This document shows positions 1 through 18,775 of a stretch of DNA of 64,000 nt, piece after piece. The stretch spans positions 13,412,813 to 13,476,812 of the forward strand of contig CM119264.1 of assembly GCA_051294375.1 (NCBI GenBank). The letters are read 5' to 3'. The stretch is from Paraspadella gotoi. Taxonomy: Eukaryota; Animalia; Chaetognatha. Within the stretch, counting starts at the first letter, position 1, and the number at the start of each line of letters is the position of its first letter. A program made the position numbers and the translations under genes. The notes under the pieces are model-generated. The model saw only the letters and a program-made list of their open reading frames with translations, ran no database searches and was not told the DNA's origin.

Positions 1-1184
1 GTCGTTTTACTAAATTACTGTTTGTACGAAAGAAAAATAATGATTTTGTATGAATGCTTAAAAAAGCGATACCCTTTTCAGACCTCCGGATCCCTAAACC
101 GATTGTAATAAGCGACAACGATTCGCAAGTAGGTAAATCAGGTCCGGAGACTTTTTTTGTTTGAAGGCGTGTCTTTTGGGGGCATCCTTCATTTTGAGAA
201 AAAATGCTTGTTTTACCCCATTTTGTTTTTTTCTGTAGTATCTTAAACATTTTAATTAATATTTGTATTTGAATTGTTGCTCATGCCACTGAGTGTTGAG
301 AGATTGTAAGACGAAAACCAATATTTATGAAATTAATTAGGTACTAAAACGCTTAGTTTATGAATAATTAAAAATGGACTAAAATTGTGTTCCACGTTAT
401 TTTATTATCGATGGGTTTATTATTATTATTATCGTCATCATTATTATTATTTTAAAACGCTTAAATTCCATTTTGATATTCGCAATTGTATATTTAATTG
501 TAGCTTCATTCTAGAAGTTGCATTTTGATTTTAAAATGTTTCCGAATTATACTTATCATGTTTAACAGATTAATATTACACGAAAACATACAAATTTCTC
601 GTTTATCTATTTTTTTATATGCTTAACGAGTTAAAAGCTGAGTTGATATGCAATGGGTAAGATAGCTTATTTTTATCGTCGCAATCGCTTTGCGACGATT
701 TTGCTGTGGTTTTGCACATAAGTGGCGTCGTCGTCGTCGTTGTCGGCGTTCCAAATTATAGATCGCCTTTTTTATGATTAAATTTGGGTGTATGAAGCTG
801 AAAATTTATATACAGCTTCTCATCATCGATATCCTTAAAATTGGGTCAGGACAGTAATTAAATGTTTTGTTTACGTTTTATCAAAACAAACAATTATCCT
901 CTATTTTATTTTTATGTTTCCTCTCTCTCTTTTCTCTTTTCTCTTTTAATTATATGTAGCTATCTCTCTCTCTTCCCCAGTGCTGAACGAGTCTCGAGCT
1001 GGCTCTGCGGGGGCTCTGCTGCTGCTGCTGCTGCTGCTGATTCGTCCGAAAACGATTTGGCTTCTCTCTCTCTCTCTCTCTGCGTATTTATTAAAAAAAA
1101 ATTTAATTAGGATTAAACTCGTAAAATTAAGCATCGCATTCGTGCATGTTATCATTTTGCTATTGCAAAATCGTGTTTTTATTT

Positions 1185-1530
1185 CGTTTTTTTTTCTCAG
1201 GGGCTGCGTCTGCTGATCAGTTTTTTGACAATCAAAGTTGTTTTTTTTTTTCAGAAATTGTAATTTTAATTTTCTTGGTACTTTATATTTTTTAAATTGA
1301 CAATCGCAAAATAGAATATTTCTTTCTGTTTATAAATTAATTTTCTTTTCTCAAATTTTTTTTCTCAAAGGCTGCGTCTGCTGATCAGTTTATTTGACAA
1401 TGACAATGACAAAAAAAAAATTCCATTGTTTTTTTTTCTTCAGAAACTGTAACTTTAATTTTCCTCGGTACTTTATTATTTTTTTAATTGACAATCGCAA
1501 AATAAAATTTTTCTTTCTGTTTAAAAATTA
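1185..1530. repeat. Tandem duplication, unit about 165-180 bp
   Basis: GGCTGCGTCTGCTGATCAGTTT...TTGACAATCGCAAAATA occurs twice, starting near 1202 and 1370. Confidence 0.8.
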
Positions 1531-1759
1531 ATTTTTTAAAATTTCTTTTAGTATCAAAATTTGTCGTCAATCCAGATTTTTCTTATGCGATTGCGACGAT
1601 CCTTATGCTTTTAAGATTTTTTAAATTAGTTGGATATTGTTCAAATTACACACGCGACAAAATCGATTTCACACGTCAGATATTTTTTAGTCATTGTAGC
1701 AATAGCACCACTCTTATAAACACGATTTTGGTTACTTTTACTTTCGCCGACCGGGTGAG

Positions 1760-2909
1760 GAGGGGGGGTTAGGGTTAAGAGTGTGATTAGAAGTGTGTGA
1801 TTGAGCTGGATATAAAGTTTTGGACCCATAATTACTCTAATTAATCATAATTGGATGTATAGATTGAGATGTAGGAAAATGTTTGTTGAAGCAGGATATA
1901 AAGTTTCGATGGAATCGTCCGAGTGGAATTGAGAGTAAATGGAAAAAACAAAAGTCACATTTACCTTTTTACTTATATTTAACCATAATTATTTAGGAAA
2001 AACAGTTTTAATTAGACAACGAATTTAATTGACAGTTTATAGTCAGACATGTTTCGACTCTTTGCATCAGTTGATGAAAACTCTAAATGCAAATAGTCGA
2101 AACATGTCAGACTATAAACTGTCAATTAAATTCGTTGTCAAATCAAAATTGTTTTTCCTAAATTCGTAAACGCAACGAAATCGAAAGTAAATAAACAATG
2201 TCTACCATATTTATTAAAAATTGTGTAGTAGGAAGATATGTGTTTAAGCTGCATATAAAGTTTTTATGAAATCGTAGGAGTGGCAAAGAGTAAATTAGAA
2301 AAACAAAAGACCCATTAATTTGATTTGTTAAAAGTTTCTCTCTCTGATTGATTGATTGATTAGTAATTTGGTTAAATGTTTGATTGATAATTTTTTTAAT
2401 TGATTTATTGAGAAATCTGTCATTATTTAATTGGGTATGATCTATTTATGTTTCGTTATGTTTCTCTCTCTCTTTATTTAATATTTATTCATGAATTTTC
2501 TTGTCACATTCATCCAACATCATTGTATCATTGATTAATGATCGATTATCATCATGTCAATGATTAATTAATAATTATTATCGTATCTACTATTATCACA
2601 TCAATAAATCGTTATCATTGTATCTATAACACCGCATTAATAATTTGGAATCAACAATCAGGAAGTGATGTTCAGGAAATGACCTTAGCTTAAAAACGAT
2701 CTTGAATTGACATTTTTTTTCATGAATTTATTTTAAAAATATTATTGCTGGTGAGATCACTGTACTATAATTTTTTGGTTTTATGTTATGATCCGTTGTA
2801 ATATGTGATGATCACAAATTAAAAGACTCAACATGACTTATCATCTGGTTCGCTGCTTACCACTAAATTATCGTAGGCAGATCCGACATTGTTTGCTCAA
2901 ACTTGTTTT
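1760..2909 (-). mobile_element. Family A DINE-1-like copy, partial
   Basis: 2870-2909 is the reverse complement of the family A 5' end. 1790-1960 and 2220-2345 match 15780-16150 in reverse complement. Confidence 0.6.
1991..2163. repeat. ~170-bp near-perfect hairpin with a degenerate hammerhead-like core
   Basis: ATTTAGGAAAAACA...GACATGTTTCGACT pairs with AGTCGAAACATGTC...TGTTTTTCCTAAAT. Confidence 0.85.
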
Positions 2910-3160
2910 CATAACGAACGATTTCTTAGTAATCTATTCGCAATTTGAAGGTGCTCTACAAGAACTCGGAAACAATCGCGGATCAATATGTCTCAATAAG
3001 TTAACGCCTATTCGCCTCTGGCCCGTTATCTTTAATCAGCTTACGTCGTCAAAATAATCACACCTCTCTAAAACCGCGTCATAGAGATTTTAGTCTCCCT
3101 CAGGGTTAGTTCGATTTTTTTTCTACGAATTCTTTCCCGAAGAAGAAATAAGTATTGAAA

Positions 3161-4439
3161 ATGGTGGTGGGACATTGCACCCGATGCGACAAGGCCATCA
3201 ATCGCGCCGCCAATCTCACAGAATACAAGGTCAGGGTTTGTTCGGGAGTCCGAAATGTAGTGAAGGGTTAATAGGGTTTAAGGTATTGAAAAAGTATTTT
3301 TAAATGTGGGGCCTCGGTTTTGAGTGATATGATTGAGGGCGGTGAGACTCGTGGTGTATTAATGCTAACTGCCTAAAGTGCCTATGATTTGTTAAGGGTC
3401 ACCAATACCACACGAACTGCTTCGTTTGCGACATTTGTGACAAGAACATCACCGGGCCTCAAGGTGCGATAATCATGATTATTCGTGGACTCATTGAACC
3501 GAGAAAAAAAATCTCACGCTCGTCTCAGGATTCATCAATGACTCCAACGACGTGACCAAGCATTACTGTCACGATTGCTACGAAAGCACCGTCGCCCCGC
3601 GCTGCTCCAAGTGCTCCAAGGTTTAAAACGGTGGTTGGGGGGCTTAAACGCTGGTCCTGTTACACTAAGGCGCTATCGAACAAAAAGAATGAATAAATTT
3701 CGTGAAAAAGCATCCTTTTTTTTTTTTTGCAAACTTTAAACCCTAGGCGATTGTCGGAGGCGAAGGAGGGGTCAAGCATCGCGAAAGACCCTTTCACAAA
3801 TCCTGCTTTACGTGTCACGGTTGCGGGCTTGAACTGGCCGAAGTTCGATTCAGGTAAAAAAATATCTCGTGACATTACGAGGGAAGAGGTTGAAAGACAG
3901 ACGAGCGACAGACAGACTAATGAAAAAATGATAAAAATCTTGTCTTAAATTTAAGCCCCTTTGAGTTTTTCCGGGTATCAAAAAATTGAGCGTCCTTCCG
4001 TTTCTTTGCTCATAAGCGTCGAGGACGAGAAGCCGTTCTGCACCGAATGCCATACTGAGAAGTTCGCGGAAAGATGTTCCCTCAGGTCATGTGGCCGACC
4101 GATTCCCCCGGGCACTCAGTTCCTCGTCGTCGACGCCGACAAGTTTCACAAGGGTGAGAAGATTTTACGATTTTATCTTGACTTCTCCAGTAACTTGGGA
4201 ATCTAATATTAATAATATGATAATAATAAAAATAATTATAGTTATTGAATCTTATAAAAGATTTTCATCTTTTATCACTTTATTTATGGAACTTTGTTAC
4301 CAACTGAACTAGTAATAGTAAATAGTAAACTTGTTTTACAGACTGCTTTAATTGCACTGGATGCTCGAAGAACCTCGCCGACGAAGCCTTCGTCAAAGAT
4401 CCCGAGGGAAACTTCTGCGCCGGCTGCGCGGATTCTTGA
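3161..4439 (+). CDS. LIM-only protein with three LIM domains (FHL-like), 6 exons, 189 aa
   Basis: Exons 3161-3229, 3397-3463, 3529-3620, 3747-3853, 4017-4153 and 4342-4439 join in frame through GT-AG introns (570 nt). The protein has three CxxC..HxxCxxCxxC..CxxC/H repeats (CTRC..HTNCFVCDIC..CHDC; CSKC..HKSCFTCHGC..CTECH; C..C..HKDCFNCTGC..CAGC). Confidence 0.92.
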
Positions 4440-4973
4440 GTCTTCATTGGAACTGAACGTGCTCGTTCAGAGAGCGATCGAACTGACGAACGAATGAATG
4501 GTGACGTGAAAGACGAAGCAACGGATTTTTGGGGACCAGGGAAGATTTGGGAAAGAGGCTGTTTTTAGAGAGAACTTTTTGGGAAATTTTTCATGACAAT
4601 AGTGAGAGTTTTATTTGATCGGGAAAATACGAATAGAGGGATAACAAACATTGTGTTTCTTGTGTAATTCAAATGGTAGAATAGCTAATGGTTTGGTCGA
4701 TATTCTAAATTCATTTCCTCATCAATGTGCAGTAATTTGGTTTTCCGTTCTATATTGGGGCAATTTTCAGTCAACAAAAAGAAACGTCACGTGACGACAC
4801 GTGACTCACGGCAGTCGGGGAGCAACAAACATAATTACTGTTAAGTTGATTCGAAGTTAAAAGATGTAAATATTTATGACATACCAAAGAAGCTAAACAG
4901 TTCGACGGAAAAAAAAAATTACATCATTTATGATAGTAAAATGCGTTCTAGTTTCATAATTTCAGCTAAACAG

Positions 4974-6408
4974 TTAATGAGTTATAGCTGCCGGTTTGGT
5001 CGCGCAGATTGTTACGGGGAGATTCTTTATGGGTGGCGCAAAACTGCGCTTACTTTTCAAAACTGTTTCAGTTAAAATAACATGGTGGAATATTAGAACA
5101 AATATTGATTACGAAAATTTGTGAGAAGCATGACATTTACCTTTGTTTATCAAAATTTATTTGATTATGCCATATTAATATTGAAGCGTTTATCTATTTC
5201 AACGAATTTGTCAAAGAACCAAATCTCTGAACAGATTTTCCGTGAACTCCCACCGTCACCCATATGCTATGAGCCAACCGTGATCATTTATTCCCTGACG
5301 CTTTGCTAAACCCGTGAACATTCGTTCGCGACCAGTTTCCTTTCCCATGACTTCTCGTCCGTTCCAATCCCGTTTTATTTTGCGAAGAAGCTGCAAACTT
5401 TTGATCCGGGTTTTGGATGTTTCGAATCCCCTGCTTTCATCTCCCGTCTCATCAACCGTCCCGTCCCGAGTCGAGAAAAGTGGGAAATCTTCGATTCTTT
5501 TCGGTGTTTTCCTCCATTTTTCTGTTTCGGGATACAAATGATTGGGACGAAATTTTGGGCGCTTATGGCTGATATTTTCCGACGAGCGCCCCCGGTTTCG
5601 AGAGCCGAAAATTTTCCGAACGAACGGCGCAGTCGATTTCTCCGAGGGCGAATTTTTGAATTCTGAAGAATCGACTATGGAGGAGACGGGATACGACGCC
5701 GACGGAAGCAAAATCGGCGGGTGGACGAATGGCGACCATTTCGAGTCGGCGCCGCCCTCCTTAAGCAACGTGGGTACCGAATCTATCACGTCCTCTGGCG
5801 CTAAACGGTTCGGCCTCGATTGAATAAGCGGCGCCGGATTGACAGGAAGGGGCTTTGTCGCTGACGTCCAAGGGAAGTTTGAAAAAAACGGACGTCGCCA
5901 TGGGGCTGATTCCGAATGTCCTTTGGGGAGAAAAGTTATATATATAAAACTTTAATTTTTGATATGTATAGTATTTTATTGTATTGTATACTGTGTATAA
6001 ATTGGGTTCTTTAGTTGATCAAAATAATATATCATATAACGAATAAATCTCCATCCCCACCTCCCACCCCAAAAAAAACTTACCAGCCCAAGAAACTTCA
6101 ACGGTAGTAGTCAAGATCAGAACCAAACAAAATGCACTTTTTTGGAGACGCCAAATCTTTTGATACAAAAAAAATTCATTTGTAGTCATTATATTAGTAA
6201 ATTAATTGACATATTGTAATTTCGTATCGTTAATTTTAAATTTTTTTTTACACAACGATTAACGGAATTAAAAGATTGCAACGTTACATTAATTGAGATT
6301 TTGACTTACTAATTCGAAACGAATCATCGCGGAGAGCGAAGAATCTTTCCAGTGAAATGTAATGTCGCTGGTTCTAACGAAATGGATCAGCAAGAGCGGA
6401 ATTTCCAT
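4974..6408 (-). CDS. Putative neuropeptide precursor: signal peptide plus a C-terminal KR-QGINDHGWLIAY-GKR cassette
   Basis: Exons 6408 (or 6327)-6310, 6156-6084, 5920-5260 and 5052-4974 join in frame. MIRFELIWRLQKSAFCLVLILTTTVEVSWA is signal-peptide-like. The C terminus reads KIKR-DWNGREVMGKETGRERMFTGLA-KR-QGINDHGWLIAY-GKR-SFAPP. Without the last splice the ORF ends AYG-stop at 5256. Confidence 0.72.
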
Positions 6409-7644
6409 TTTTATACTTTGCTCCTCTCGACGTTGTCGTCGTCGTACGCGCGTTCGTTAGGCCGCCAGGCGCAATCAGGGCGCTTTCGAAATCAGATACA
6501 ATGAAAAAAACTTTACTATAGGGGCAAGATAGCTTAGTTATTAAATGAATTGATAGTTTTTATATTGGTTGTACCAATTTCATAGTTATATAGTTTGCTG
6601 GATCAAAATAGTGGTTCTGGTTTTTACTAATGACTAAGTAGGTAATTCATTTTACACTATAGCTATTAAAGATTAGTTTTTATCTTAACATTTTGCCAGA
6701 ATCATTCCTTTACCCGGGAATGTCGCTTATAAGTTTTACGTTCACATGTTTCTCTAAATAGCCTAACAAGACAGGAGCCTAACTAAACAGGAGACGGTAG
6801 CTCCTGTAGCTTGAGATATTTAATCATCTACTAGTTTTTTATTTGAACTATTAAAGTATTATTGAAAAACTTATTTTAGACGTACTATCAAATTGGATAG
6901 ACGATCATTTAATAAATAAGTTATCTTGCCCCTTACTTTGGGCGGAGATAGGTGCCCGGATATAAGGTAAGGATGTAAGTCGCCCAGTTACACCTTTTTA
7001 AAAAAGAAATCCACAAATGCATCTTTATCGATAAAAAGCCGCCAGTTGCCACAATTTGTGGATAATTGATAAAATCTACTCTCATGAATCGTGGCTTAAT
7101 ATATCTCCCGAAAAGCCGCATCTTGCAAAAAACAATCAACAGCCTATTCGTTTTCTTGGCTGAGAGTACTCTCATAGAATAGATTAAAGAATGAGTCGTC
7201 TGTGTTGAAAAGTTTTTTTTCATGGTTTCCCCTCCCACGCACTTTGTATTCGCAATTAGTCGTCAACACTTCCCTCGCAATTTTACTAATGGTGTTGAAT
7301 CTCGTTTGAGGAAAAATTCTCTCTCTCCGCGAGCGGTGTCGCTCAAACCTTTAGGCGCCTGTTGATGGAATTATAAATGATGTTGAAATTGAAATCGAGT
7401 TGGAGAAGGTGAAATCTATAATGCAGTCTTAATGCGTAGGTCATGCCTGAAAGTTTGTTGACAGATAGGATCGCTAGATCAGTCTATAGTAAAATACCGG
7501 TTTTTTTTTAATACCGCGCGCAAATAATTTTTTTTAATCTCGGGGCGAAATATTATAATTATATTATTGTTTTTTAAATTTATTTTTTACCAAGTGAATA
7601 AAGTCACTCTCCCGTTTATATTTCGATTTATCTTTTGTTTCTGG

Positions 7645-7725
7645 CCTTGTCATTTCCGGTTTTACTGATGTCCCCGCCATTTTGTTGTTTCCGGTTCCCT
7701 GCCGATTCGTTTCCGGTTTCCACCG
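7645..7725. promoter_or_regulatory. ETS (TTCCGG x3) plus YY1 (CCGCCATTTT) promoter-like cluster
   Basis: Three TTTCCGGTT motifs and one CCGCCATTTTG within 80 bp. Confidence 0.45.
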
Positions 7726-7952
7726 ATCTGGTTACCCGTTGAGATTTGCGTAATGCTTATTTTAACTTCAATTTTTTTATTTTATTTTAGTCATTTCCAG
7801 GTCTCAGTCGCAAGGATTTAATTAATAATAACATTCTTTAAATTATTTCTGAGTAATCCTCAGGTACATCTATGAAATTGTTTAGGTAATCTATGTAGTT
7901 GGACTTTGAGTTTGATCTTCTTAAAATCCATCAAACAACCTTTCTGACAAAC

Positions 7953-8022
7953 GAACCAAAGTGGCATAGATGGTAACCCCCTCGTCTCTGACCCTAATGG
8001 TCACGGGTTCGAGTCTCGCTCT
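7953..8022 (+). mobile_element. tRNA-derived SINE head or tRNA pseudogene
   Basis: A box TGGCATAGATGG and B box GGTTCGAGTC, but the acceptor stem does not pair. Confidence 0.5.
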
Positions 8023-8349
8023 CCTTATATTTTCATGATGGAAAATGAGAAAGAAATGTTAATCTCACTTTTTTATATTTAATTTTTTTTCTTACTTTCA
8101 GTAAGTTTACTGAAGAAATTTGAAAAAAATTAATATTAATATTATTATTTTCTAAAAGCCCTTTCAAATCTAAAGAGAATGACGTACTTACGAATACTGT
8201 AGTATAAAATTTAACTAGCCCAGCTTTAATTTAATTAGGATACTTAAAAATCAATAGTTGTCCGTAATGTGTACTCTCAATCACGTAAGAAGGAAGTGGA
8301 ATTGCCATTCCGTTTTATTTATCACTTTATTTATTTACCTAATTATTTA

Positions 8350-8431
8350 TTTTTTTTTTCTTTTCTTTTCTTTTCTTTTCTTTTCTTTTCTTTTCTTTTC
8401 TTTCTTTTCTTTTCTTTTCTTTTCTTTCTTT

Positions 8432-8466
<35 letters not shown>

Positions 8467-8495
8467 AGTTTCTTCTAGTTTCTTCTTTCTAGTTA

Positions 8496-8529
<34 letters not shown>

Positions 8530-8545
8530 AGTTTCTTTATTCATT
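8350..8545. repeat. (TTTTC)n/(TTTC)n simple repeat; complementary tracts at about 20040, 20940, 48150, 51285 and 55735
   Basis: Directly visible. Confidence 0.95.
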
Positions 8546-8625
8546 CATTCATTCATCAATTTATATATTCGTATTTCAACCGCCTATATATAGAAATTTA
8601 TTAAGGCGTCTGGGGCGATAGAAAA

Positions 8626-9183
8626 TACTATCTAGGAAAAAAGTATATAACATTTTTAATAAATGATATCTATTCGAAAACTTATTTGATTTAAAAAAAA
8701 TCAGAATATTTTTTCTGTAGTTTCTTATCATTTTTTTGTAGGTCAAATCGTTTAAAAGTTACAGGCCAAAAATTATTGTTACTTAAAATTAAAAATGGCA
8801 AAAAAAATTATATTTAATTTTCCTCCATTTTTGGTATTTAGTTATCTGTTTTTATTTTAAATAAAATTAGTTAATTAAATTTAATTTGGCAATGCTAAAA
8901 ACCTTGCACCTCTTTTTGGTTAAAAAAAGTGCTATTATACTTTTTAAAAACGAAGGAAAGATATGCAACATCAATATCGGGGCTGAAAAGAATTGCGTTA
9001 AAGATGTGGAAATACATTTCACTGTCATAACTCAGTTTGCTGTATAAGAGCATGCTCAGACGAATGTAGGCAGTAGTCGATGCCGAGAAAAGATATACCA
9101 AATATAGAAAATATTTACCCAATGTTTTTTATATTTTTTATTGAATAGATGAATCATGTTAGATACTTTTTTCCTAGATAGTA
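8626..9183. mobile_element. MITE with TA ends (Tc1/mariner-type)
   Basis: Terminal inverted repeats TACTATCTAGGAAAAAAGTAT and ATACTTTTTTCCTAGATAGTA around an AT-rich non-coding interior. Confidence 0.78.
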
Positions 9184-11168
9184 CATATTGTTGAAACTTG
9201 ATTCTTGATCGTTATTTCCTCGTTTCATATATTTTACCTTCCTTTATCTAATTCAGGATTCGCCGACTGATTCATTCATCATCGAAACAAAAAAATAAAA
9301 ACTTTAAATTTGCGGCGGTGAAAGAAAGAGAAAAATAAATAGTTGATGATTAGAAAAAGAAGTGTTGATGACCAAGAAGATAAAAGGTTATGGTGTATGG
9401 GAAAGAGTGATTTGAAAACAGAAAAACAGTTATGATGAAACGTGGAGAAAGAATTAATTGAAAGACGCGGTGACAGTCAGCATTTAACCTTTGTTTATGA
9501 TGCGCATTGTCACAGAAACAAGAAAAAAGATAGTATTTACTATCTAATATATAAAATTATTCGACATTTAATTATTTAGGTTATCTCTTAACGTTTTCTC
9601 GAGCAGTTCAAATTACGTCACAACAACGACAGCACATAAATTGTAAGAAATTAAAGAATCTAGTACTGAATTATGGTCAATATTCATCATTACATATGTT
9701 TTAACCATAAAAATGAATAAAATAAAATCAGTAATATCAAAGCCAAAGAAAAATATCCAAGCCAAAACTTTTTTTTCTCTTTTCGCTTCCAAAATCGAGA
9801 CTAACTTCATTTCAGCGACCAAAAGTTTCTGCGCCCCATTTCAACGATTTCAGTAGAAAATTCGTTGCTAAAAAACGAAAAAGTACAGAAAAAGGTTTTG
9901 GCTCTCTCCCAAACACACCGAGCTCATAGACCGAAATCCATATGTAAAAGTGAAAGTTAGGGGGGGGGGAAATAGAGAGAGAAAGAGAGAGAGATGAACA
10001 ATTCTTGCCCGACCGGCCGGGCTGAATTCGATTTTGATTGGATGCGATCAGAGTGAAAGCATGTAAGTCAGCTAAATTCGGTGAAGCTAAAAAAAAATTG
10101 TGTTTTTATTTTTGACTCTCTTGCTCTTTCTCTCTCTCTCTCTCTCTCTCGCTCGTTCGCCCGCGCTCTCTCCCCCCTCACACTTAGTCCCGGTCTCCCT
10201 TTGGATTTTGTCGGCTTTCTTGCTGTTCAAGGTGCAACGGCCCAAAGAAACTTCGTCAGACGTCGTCGAGCTCCTTATTAAGTTTCTCGCGAACTTTCGT
10301 CTCGCTCTCTCTTTTGTCTTTTTTTTTTCTCCATTTCCGATTCGGCCGTGTGCGAAAGGAAAATAAACAACAGCAACAAGTAACATGCGAAATCGCATTT
10401 CTGACGAACCGGTTAGCAGACGACGTTTCGGGAAGGGGAGGGAGGGGGGTAGTGTCCGGCTGTGACGGTATTCTTATCTTGACTTGTTGTTATTCGCTTG
10501 TATTTTTTAAGACTCCTAATCCAAGCCTTCTCTCCCTCACATTCTCTTTCTTCGATGAGAATGTGTCCGTCTTTAAAACAGTGCGGGATTAAAATTTTTA
10601 AAAATGTGTTTAAATTTCGATGTATTTCCTTCTCCCTCCTCTTTCTCATCAAGATTGTTGTTGCCTTCTTCCGTATTTTATATCCTCGATTTCTCGCCGA
10701 ATCTAACGCCGTAAATCTTCGTGTTATCCAACCGACGAATCGTAAAGTCCGACGATCGCAACAACAACATTAAGCACGGGAGTAAATGGAGAAGATCTCA
10801 TTTATTTTCGTTGCGATTATCAACGTCTTCAAAAGATTGTTTTTTATATAACCTGCATCTCGAGCGTTAAATCTCGGACTTTCGTGGCGAGATATATTTC
10901 CCGCTATGTAAAATTATAAATAGGCTCATAAATTTTATCGTTTTAAGCTATAACTTCTTTGCACCATGTCACGGGATAAAAATTACACAACCCTTTTACA
11001 AAATTGTTGACTTTTGAACAGTCGAGGTTTTTCAAAATGTTTTTAAATTTCGACGAAGTTTAAATCTTTGATGATCACGTCGAGAATAAAAGCGCCTTCG
11101 ATCTCGAAACCGCATCCTGCCCGGTCCGCATCGGGTGTCTCTGCACGAGCACCTCCTTGCTCTTTGCG

Positions 11169-18173
<7,005 letters not shown>

Positions 18174-18775
18174 AACCATTCCACAATCAAGAATTTTTTA
18201 AATAGATCCGATTAGAACATATTGTTCCTAGTAGTACCGTTGTCTGTCAATGATTAAGCACATTTCTGCATGTGGACGTCGCTTCTTAAAATACTCTTTA
18301 TACCTATAAAATTATAAATAGAGAAATTTCTCCTTAACCCGAGTAATATTTTGAAAAGCTCGCGCGACTGTGAATCACGTACTGTTTGTTATCGTTAATA
18401 AAGTTACTTGATACTATTGTATGAAATTAACGAAGAATATTATTTTACAAAACTACCCCTTCTAAGCTCGTGGAGGGAGTTTACATTTGTTGGGAAATCT
18501 CGAAAACTTTTGTTCGAGTTCAGATTTGTTTCTCGTTTCGTCAAAATCCGCCAGGTTCGCCCTCGGTCAAAGACGACGACGAACGTAGGAACATGTGGCC
18601 GTTTTTTGTCTCGTCCTTGTCCGACTCACGGTTTGACACGTTGATCACACGAGTTTAGCGAAATATCAAGTTAATTCCAGGGTTTCTTCGCTTAATTTAC
18701 TTGGGTGATCTGCATTTGATCTCGCCCCAGTCTTTCGACGATTTCCTTAAATACTACTGCTCGATCCCGAAGATC

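Noticed and set aside
5256-5258. Stop-codon readthrough (TGA-CGG giving G-X-R)
   Set aside because: Splicing at the overlapping GT yields GKRS directly and is the simpler explanation.
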